Position numbers and translations under genes: made by a program. A stretch of 64,000 nucleotides of DNA from Macrostomum hystrix (Eukaryota; Animalia; Platyhelminthes): NCBI GenBank assembly GCA_950097015.1, contig CATNEN010000039.1, forward strand, positions 8,618,001 through 8,682,000. The letters run 5' to 3'. The notes under the pieces are model-generated. The model had not been told where the DNA came from and did no database searches. It worked only from the letters and a program-made list of their open reading frames with translations. Shown here piece after piece: positions 42,201 through 51,200 of the stretch (the first letter of the stretch is position 1; every line of letters begins with the position of its first letter).

Positions 42201-45200
42201 TTTGGTGTCAGTAGAGCCGCAGCCGGCCAGGAGGCAATTCTGGCCATTCCGCTGACTACTGAGCACACACGCACACAGGTTGTGTACATCGGCCACGATT
42301 TTTTCGCTGTCAGGCAATGTACACTCTCACTGCGCCCCTAGAAATTTGGCCCCCCGAGCCTGCGAGCTCATAAAATTTCAATTCTATTAATTGAGAGCAA
42401 ATTATGCAGATGTCAATCTTGAAGACTGCGCCACAGTCACAACCTCACAGTGCACTACTTTTTGGTTTCCTAGAAAAATGAGAACTAGGCCTAGAAAAGC
42501 AGTGGAGAGGATGATTTTCTGGTGCCCAGCCCTCCCTGCGCATGTGTTGCGCATCCTGAACTGAGAAAAAAAATTGTGGACGAAACATCATGGGCGCCGC
42601 TGGAAGAGAAATCAAGCGGAAAACCAAATGGGAAGCAAAGCAGGAAGAGGGAGAAAGGCAGGGAGGGCTAGGGGCTGATGCTGGACTAGATGAAACGGAT
42701 TATCGAGGACTAAACGAGCCGACAAATTGGCGTCGGGACCGCGAAATGGAGCGAGGCGGGACATATAGAGGCCGGGTGGAGGCTGAGCCAGATGATGAAG
42801 CTGGGCCGGGTGGAGTCTCGAGGTGCATGAGAGACTGGTCAGCTGGCTTCGTGCGGTTTAGGAAAGCCCCCAACGTGGCGTGGCGTTATATGCCTTTTGA
42901 GTCGTGTTCTCAAGTCAAAACTCCTTCGTGCAATGTGCGCTCTAACGGGATGCATTTTGGTTTGGGAAACGGGAATAAAAAACTGCTTCTTTAAAAAAGA
43001 TTAAACAATAAGAACGATAAACCTGCGATTATAGCTGCTGTTTCTAGCTGCGCTTCCAGCTGCGATTCTAGCTACTGTTCCAGCTGCGATTCTAGCTACT
43101 GTTCCAGCTGCGATTCTAGCTACTGTTCCAGCTGCGATTCTAGCTACTGTTCCAGCTGCGATTCTAGCTACTGTTCCAGCTGCGATTCTAGCTACTGTTC
43201 CAGCTGCGATTCTAGCTACTGTTCCAGCTGCGATTCTAGCTACTGTTCCAGCTGCGATTCTAGCTACTGTTCCAGCTGCGATTCTAGCTACTGTTCCAGC
43301 TGCGATTCTAGCTACTGTTCCAGCTGCGATTCTAGCTACTGTTCCAGCTGCGATTCTAGCTACTGTTCCAGCTGCGATTCTAGCTACTGTTCCAGCTGCG
43401 ATTCTAGCTACTGTTCCAGCTGCGATTCTAGCTACTGTTCCAGCTGCGATTCTAGCTACTGTTCCAGCTGCGATTCTAGCTACTGTTCCAGCTGCGATTC
43501 TAGCTACTGTTCCAGCTGCGATTCTAGCTACTGTTCCAGCTGCGATTCTAGCTACTGTTCCAGCTGCGATTCTAGCTACTGTTCCAGCTGTGATTCTAGC
43601 TACTGTTCCAGCTGCGATTCTAGCTACTGTTCCAGCTGCGATTCTAGCTACTGTTCCAGCTGCGATTCTAGCTACTGTTCCAGCTGCGATTCTACCCACC
43701 AGATGCGATTCCAGCTAGCCACGCTTTCAAGACGCGAATAAATTTAGACGAATTTTGAAGACATTTGAATATTTATGAGCATGTGTTAAGCAGCAAATTT
43801 CTTGACTAAAACTCACCCGAATCTATTTTAAAACTGGTCGCTTCTCCTGCCTCTTGAATCCCATCAGCTGACAGCGAAGGCGCCCACACAGGGTAGCCCG
43901 GTGGCGCAGTCTCAGGCACTGACACTGAGATTGCAGTCTCATCCAGGCTCGCCAAGTCGACCAGTTCTTCAACAACGCACAGCCAAGCAAAGCCGTGTCG
44001 TCGTTCGTCCAGCGACATGAATGAATCCGCCACGCGCAAAAGCAGCCAGTGGACTCTAGGACGACGAGTTGTCGCGCTGTCATCGTCGTCGTCGCTAGTT
44101 GGGAGTCGCCAGACTTGGCCAGACAATGGATCGATGGAGAACAGCGGCTGGCTTGCAGCCTGAGCGGCGGCCTGCAACGAGAACTGCAGAATTCCAAGCG
44201 GTCCTGGGTCCGGGTCACTCGCCGACACAATCAGCAGCGGTTGTCGCTGCCGTTGTTGTTGCCTTTTGTCGATTGTTAGACGGTCACGTTTGGGCTCCAG
44301 ACGCTGGCGCAGACGGTGGTGATAGACTGGCTGGTCGAATCGCGGACACCAGCGATTCACCTGCTGAACTTTGACGATCAGCTGATTGAAGACGGGTGGG
44401 TGAAATTGTATTTTAAAATTGGCTGTTTGTCGTCAGGCAGTGAACAATCACGGATTCCAACAGTGGCGTAGCCAGGTTCTTTGTCTAGGGTCCGCGTCTT
44501 ATCTGGGTGCTACAGCGTGACAGCCGACTGCCTTGCCCTCCCCAGGGATTCGAACTAATGGATCTTTAAAATTTATGTTATTTGTTTTATTTAGAAAAGG
44601 TGCTGGAGTTAAGAGCATTATAGGCCCCTTTAGGGCTCCTTGGAGGGGGTTAGTTATTGCTAGTCCATATACGAAAAAATCTATGAAGGTTATAGCACCT
44701 CTAGCAATCGATATCATAATAAACTTTTCCGTAGTCGAAAGGTGGGGATAGACAGACCTGTTTCCTGGAAATGCTCCAGCCATCCCAGGCAGTCACGGTG
44801 AGGTTATAGAGGCCCTGCCGGCTATAGTTGAGCTGGCGAACCAGAGTGAATCGACCGCCAGCCTGGGGCAGGTAAAAGTCCGCGTTACCGACGCCTAGAA
44901 TGACGAAAATGGAAAAGCTGCAGTGCGGGATGAAATTCTGCGATTCCTTTTTATCCCCAGGTGACAGACGTCACTCAGTGGTGGTACACAAGTGGATTCT
45001 CCCCTTGATTTCCAACTCAAGCTGAGCGTGACTGGTTAAAAGCACTCCAAAAGAGAGACCAACAATCAGGTATCATCGGCAATTCTCACCGGCCAGGTGA
45101 AACAAGACCGTCCCGCTGCCTCCGCCAGTGAATCTGGGCACCGCCAGCACTCCAGGCAGAAGACTGCCTGGCCTCGAATCTTCTCGCAGACGCTCCGGTC

Positions 45201-48200
45201 GACCGTCAGCCAGCAGCAGGTCGAAAAGGTCGCCGACGTCAGCAGCGGGCTGAGCCGCTCGTCGCACCAACTCCAGACGAACCGGCGCCGAGGCAGTCGA
45301 CATCGCCGTTTGGGCGCCGTCGATAGGGGCGGCATCTCTAGCCAGGACCAAAGCTGACTGAGCACCGCCACCGCCTCCGGCTTCGCTGCCGAGCAGCAAC
45401 TCGGCGCTGATCAGCAGCTCCCCTGTGCTGTTGTCTATGGCCAAAGTTGACATCGAAGCGCTAGCGGACAATGAGAAAACTGGAATGGCATTCGGCTCGG
45501 TGTCGAAATCAATGGCCACCAGCCGAATGCCTGAGTTCATGAACTCAGATGAAGAGCCGAATTCTGCAGCCACCGCTGAGGATGCTAAAAATTAACGAGT
45601 TGACTTGCGACTTAAGAGAGAAATAAACGAATAAGAAACGATTTCAAGCCAAAAACATGAAGCCATAAAAAACTATGAAAGAGTTTTTTCCTGAAAAGCT
45701 TCGTTTTAAAGGATAATTACGAGTGTAATAACAATAACTGATTACACCTGCCCCAATTGGGCCAGATACGCAGCTGACAGCACAGGAGTACAGCTGTTCA
45801 GTCTACACTGGGGGGACGCCACACCCACCTTCAATTTCCCCAGTGGGTGAACTGAAGCAATGCAGAGTTAAGTGTCTTGCTAAAGGACGCAATTTTTTTT
45901 TCAGTGAAGTCGGGATTCGAACCCCCGACCCTTAAGTCATGAGTCCGACGCCCTAACCACTTGGCTACGACACCTGACTAAATGCTGATGAGCAGGCCTG
46001 GGCTCATTTAAAAGAAATGACAGAATTTTAAAAGAATTTAAAATAAATTCTCTCCATTGGCTACCCCATTTTTCTATAGAGCTTCGAAGTAGAGATTCGA
46101 ACATCCGACCTCTATCCGCATGGCTAAAAATCTACCTTGAGGAAAAACAGCAAAGTTAACAATTAACAATTAACAATTAACAATTAACAATTAACAATTA
46201 ACAATAATTGCAGGTGGGCTGCGGGCAATGGCACATCACTTGGTGATACTTGACCTTCAGCCAGCTAGGAGGCAATTCTGCCCATTCCGCTGACTCCTGA
46301 GCACACACGCACACAGGTGTGTACATCTGCCCTGACTTTCTCATCGTCAGGCAGTGTACACTCTCACTTTGCCTTGGAGGTTGGCCCTCAAGGGCTTAAA
46401 TTTCACGACAACGACCCAAGCCTTCTCTCGGCGGCTGCACCTCAAGTTAATGTGGCCTCGCCGCGGAATCGAGCTCAGGGACCTGGGGGGCAATGGCCTG
46501 CGCCTCCACGAGGTGCCCCCCGGAGGACGCAAGTCCTACGAAATGCAGGCCATCAAACGGGCCCTCCCAAAGCCCAGCAAAGCACAGCACAGCACAGCCC
46601 TATCTCACCGCCCAACAAGCATCTGGCGGTCCGAACCGGTCCTAAATGACTGACCAACTGCCGACGCAGCCTGCCGAGCCTCAACGGCGGGCCCCCGGCG
46701 GCGCGAAGCGCCAGCCCGACCGTCGGTCCGCGCGCGCTCAGGCCCCCAGCAGCCTGCACCTCCTGCAACTCAACGCAGAGGGCGTCGTTGCCAAGACGCC
46801 CGAACTGTGCAAGCTGCTCCTGGACCTGCGCGTTGACGTGGCCTGTCTTCAAGAGACCCACACCGCCGAAGGAAGGGAACCACGCCTGCCGGGCTTCAAT
46901 GCAGTCTGGCGCCACAGACAGAGCGGCCGGCGCTCAGGTGGCCCCACCCGCGGCGGAGGGGTCGCGATCCTTATCCGCGAGGGGCTGCGCTACGAGGTGC
47001 TGCATGAGCGGCCCTGCGCCCCCGAGGACGTCTCCACCGAGTGGGCCGGCATCCGGGTTTTCCCATCTGAGAAGACGGTCGAGAGCCTGGACATTCACTG
47101 CCTGTACGTGCCGCCCATCAGAAACGCCGAAGGCGACGACCGCGTGCAGCGTTTCAACCCCCAGTGGCTCCCGTCAGGTGCCAGCACGGTGATCCTGGGG
47201 GACCTCAACGCGCACCACCCGGCCTGGGACCCCGAATCGGCGCCCGACGTCAGTGGCAGGGCTGAGTGGCAGGTGCGGAGGGACGTCGGATCGGACCACC
47301 TGCCGATCAGCGTCATCATTCATGGCAGCCGAGGCGCAGCCAAGAGAGCGGGCGCCGCCCGGCGGGCCTGGGCCAAAGCGGACTGGGCCGGCTTCCGCGC
47401 GCAGACCGAGGAGGCCCTGGCTGGCTGGGACGCCCTGCCGCCCGCGACGGCCACCGAAGCCAACCGGCTGCTGACCGAGGCCATCATGACGGCCGACAAG
47501 GCGTTCATCCCGCGAGGGGCCCGGCCGTCCCCGAAGGCCTGGTGGACCCCGGAGTTCGAGGACGCCGTGAAGAGCCGTCGGGCCGCGCGGGCCGCCGCCG
47601 CTGCCGATCCGAACGAGCGGCCGGCCTGGAACAAGGCCAGCGCAGACGCCAAGAAGATCATCGCCGACGCCAAGCGCGACAGCTGGAGGGCCTTCGCCGG
47701 CGAGGTGGCAGCGGACACAGACCACTCCAAGATCTGGAGAGTCGTTCGCTCCCTTGACGGCAGAAGCAACAACCTGCAGCGGGATGCAGCGCTCCGTGTG
47801 GGCCAGAAGCTCTACGTCCGACCAAAGGACATCGCCGAGGCTTACGCCAAGGAGTACGCCGCCGTGAGCCGCCTTCCGCAAGACCGCAGGACGCGCATCC
47901 TCCGCCGCGAGAACCACCGCAGCCGCGCCGCCGCACAAGCTGACAGCCCGGAGGCAGGAGACTTTAGCAAGCAATTCTCGTCTCGCGAGCTGGACAGAGT
48001 CCTTCGCTCCCTCCCGGCCAGGAAAGCCCCAGGACCAGACGGCATCTCTGCCGAGCACCTGCAGCACCTCGGCCCCGCCGGTCGCCGGGCGGCTCTGCAC
48101 GTGATCAACCAGTCCTGGGCAAAGGGGGAGGTCCCGTCTGCGTGGCGACGCGCCCACGTCGTGCCGATCCTGAAGAAGGGCAAGCCGGCCGACATGATTG

Positions 48201-51200
48201 GCTCCTACCGGCCGATCGCCCTGACCTCCGCCATGGCCAAGCTGGCCGAGCGCCTGGTCCAAGCGCGGCTCTACTGGTGGGCCGAATCCCGGCAGCTGCT
48301 GCACCCGGCTCAGGCCGGCTTCCGCAAGCGGCGCTGCACCGAGGACCAGATCGCCAGGCTCACCCAGCTCATCAGTGATGGTCACCAGGCCAGCCCTGCC
48401 CGGCGGACTGTCGTCGTTCTGTTCGACTTCCGCAGGGCGTACGACACCGTCTGGAAGCAGGGCCTGCTGCACAAGCTCCACGCCGCGGGCATCCCGGCTG
48501 CCGGGGTCCGCTGGCTCAGCAGCTTCCTGGCCGACCGAAGGGCCGCCGTCAGGGTCGACGGCGCGACGAGCAGCTGGCGGCTCTTCCGCGAGGGCTTACC
48601 ACAGGGGAGCGTTCTTGCCCCGCTGCTCTTCGCGCTTTTCATTAACGACCTGCCGGACCAGCTGCCGCCCGACTGCACGCCGCTCCTCTACGCGGACGAC
48701 CTGGCCATTGCAGTGCAAGGCCTGACTGTGGAGGAGGCCGAGGCGAAAGCGCAGCGGGCCATCGATGCGACGGCCGAGTGGGCAAACAAGTGGCGGCTGC
48801 AGCTGGCGCCGGAGAAGTGCGCCGCATCCCTGTTTTCCACCACCGCAGGTGAGGCCAGCCGGGAGCTGCGGCAGCAGCTGAACGACGCCCCACTCGCGAC
48901 GGACCGCCAGCCCCGGTTTCTCGGCGTCATCCTGGACCGCCTGCTGAGCTTCACCGCGCACGCCGCCAACGTCGCAGGCCGCGCCCGCGCCCGGTGCGGC
49001 GTCCTGGCCGCGCTCTCCGGTAGCAGCTGGGGCGCCAAGCAGACCGACGTGCGCCGGCTCTACACTGCCTACGTGCGGCCGGTGCTGGAGTACGCGGCCG
49101 GCGCCTGGATGCCGTCGGCCTGCAAGACGGCCATTGAGCAGCTGGACCGAGCCCAGCGCCTGTGCGCGCGCGTCATCACCGGGTGCCCTCGGAACACCAG
49201 GTCGGAGGTGCTAGAACGAGAGGCCGGCCTGCCCCCGATGGCGGTCCGCGCCGAGATGCACGCCGGCCTTCTCCTTGAGCGCGCCCTCAGGCTCCCGCCC
49301 GACAACCCGCTGCTCGCCTGCGCGGCCGCCGAGGGCCCACGCCGCCGCCTCCAGAGCGCCCGAGGCTGGCGGGAAACGGCGACCAGAGTCAGCACCGACG
49401 CGGGCCTGAGCGGCTACCCGCGCGAGCCCGTTTGCGCTGTCCCCGCGACGCCTCCCTGGGCCAACCTGGACACCGTCACCTTTGGTCTGCAGCTGTCCGC
49501 CCCCTCCTCCCGGTGCGACCCGCCTGAGGCACGGAGAGCGGCGGCTGAGCTAACGCTGGCAGGCCTGCCGCCCGCCCGCACGGCCATCTGGACCGACGGA
49601 GCGGCAAAGGATGGCGTCTCGGCCGGCGGCAGCGGCGCCCTGGTCGAGCCCGACACGGCACTGTGCGTCCCAGCCGGTCACGTGACGTCCAGCTTCCACG
49701 CTGAGCTGGTGGCCATCGCCGAGGCCCTCCAGTGGGTGTTGGCGGCACCGGACCCGGCCGAGCTGTCGCCGGTCCGCGTGTGCTCGGACTCCCTGAGTGC
49801 GCTGGCTGCGCTCGAGTCCGGCCCCGGCTCGACGGGCGTCACCACTGCCGATGCCATCTGGGCCAGCCTCTCCCACCTCGCAGCCGGAGGCGTCGCTGTC
49901 CACCTGCAGTGGGTCCGGGGCCACGCGGGCATCCCTGGCAACGAGGCGGTCGATGCCATTGCCAAGCGCGGCTCCGCGCTGCCGCAGGCTGAGGCCCACA
50001 TCCCGCTGGCTGCGGCCCAGGCCGCCATTCGCCGCCACTGCCTTGCCCGCTGGCACCAGCTGTACCGCGCGGCGGCCGCCGACGCTGCGGGCACGAGCTC
50101 GCTGCCCTGGCACGCCGCCTGCACCTCGGGCCACCTGCCGCCTCCTCCGCCGACTGACCTCTCGCGGCGGCACGAGCGGCTGATCTGCCAGCTGCGCGCC
50201 GACCGCTGCCATGCCCTCCGGGGCTTCCAGGCCGCGATTGGCGCCCCGGTGGCCCCCACCTGTCGACTCTGTGGCGAGGGCGACGAGACGGCGGCCCACG
50301 TGCTCCTCGCCTGCCCCGCCCTGACCGCCCACCGCTGCCGCCTCTGGGGCCCCTGCCCGGAGCCCGCTGCGGTCTTTGAATGCTGTGCTTCCGTGCTGGC
50401 CCTGCTTGGGAAGGCGGGCATCATCTGATGCCCGGTGCCATGGGCCCTGGCCCGCGCACGCCCGAAGAAGAAGAAGAAGCTCAGGGACCTTGGCGCGAAT
50501 GCTCAGCCACTGACCCCCAAATGTTGACTAAATTAGCTTATAAATGTTCTCAAATTCCCAGCAACAACTCAGCTCACCTGTGCCCCAGTTGTCGACGCCA
50601 GGCGGCATCAGCTCCAGAGCTCGAGTCCAATTAATTGGAGCGACACCGCTGAAGGCCAACAGGTGAAAGTGAGCAGCCAGGAACCGTGGCGGCGAGTCGT
50701 TGGCGTCGATTATCTCGACTTCCACCTGAATCTGGCTGCTCAACGTAGGCGAACCGCTGTCAGTGAGGCTCACAGTTAGCAGGAAGCGATCGCTGACCTC
50801 CCGATCGATGCTAGCATTGGTGGTTGTCAGCCGACCTAGGGGAATGATGGGAACAAATTGCGATTTCTGATTGGGACAGAATGGGATTTAGAATTGGGAC
50901 AGGATGGGATTTCAAATTGGGACAGGATGGGATTTAGAATTGGGACAGGATGGGATTTCAAATTGGGACAGGATGGGATTTAGAATTGGGACAGGATGGG
51001 ATTTCAAATTGGGACAGGATGGGATTTAGAATTGGGACAGGATGGGATTTAGAATTAAGACAGGATGGGATTTCAAATTGGGACAGGATGGGATTTCCAA
51101 TTGGGAAAAGATGGGATTTAGAATTGGGACAGGATGGGATTTCAAATTGAGAGAGGATGGGATTTCAAATTGGGACAGGATGGGATTTAAAATTGGGAGA

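Larger units (their letters stand above)
46485..50479 (+). mobile_element. Full-length non-LTR retrotransposon, Ingi-like (I group)
   Basis: Single long ORF, very short 3' UTR, (GAA)n tail 50464-50478, TSD AGCTCAGGGACCT at 46472-46484 and 50478-50490, HDV-like 5' end. Confidence 0.93.

Noticed and set aside
36659-43699. Repetitive ORFs such as [23 protein letters not shown] and DEVNDQ
   Set aside because: All coincide with tandem arrays, and flanking Fat exons 8 and 9 splice together in frame without them.
44461-44520. hAT-like terminal motif CAGTGGCGTAGCCAG
   Set aside because: No convincing matching inverted end or 8-bp TSD could be identified.
45902-45974. tRNA-Met(CAT)-like gene on the minus strand
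   Set aside because: The anticodon stem does not pair (TCGGA/CTTAA), the acceptor and T stems have mismatches, and it continues into a body repeated elsewhere in the window. It is a SINE head.
47174-50424. Long antisense and alternative-frame ORFs over the LINE (and similarly over Fat exons)
   Set aside because: Shadow ORFs of GC-rich coding sequence.
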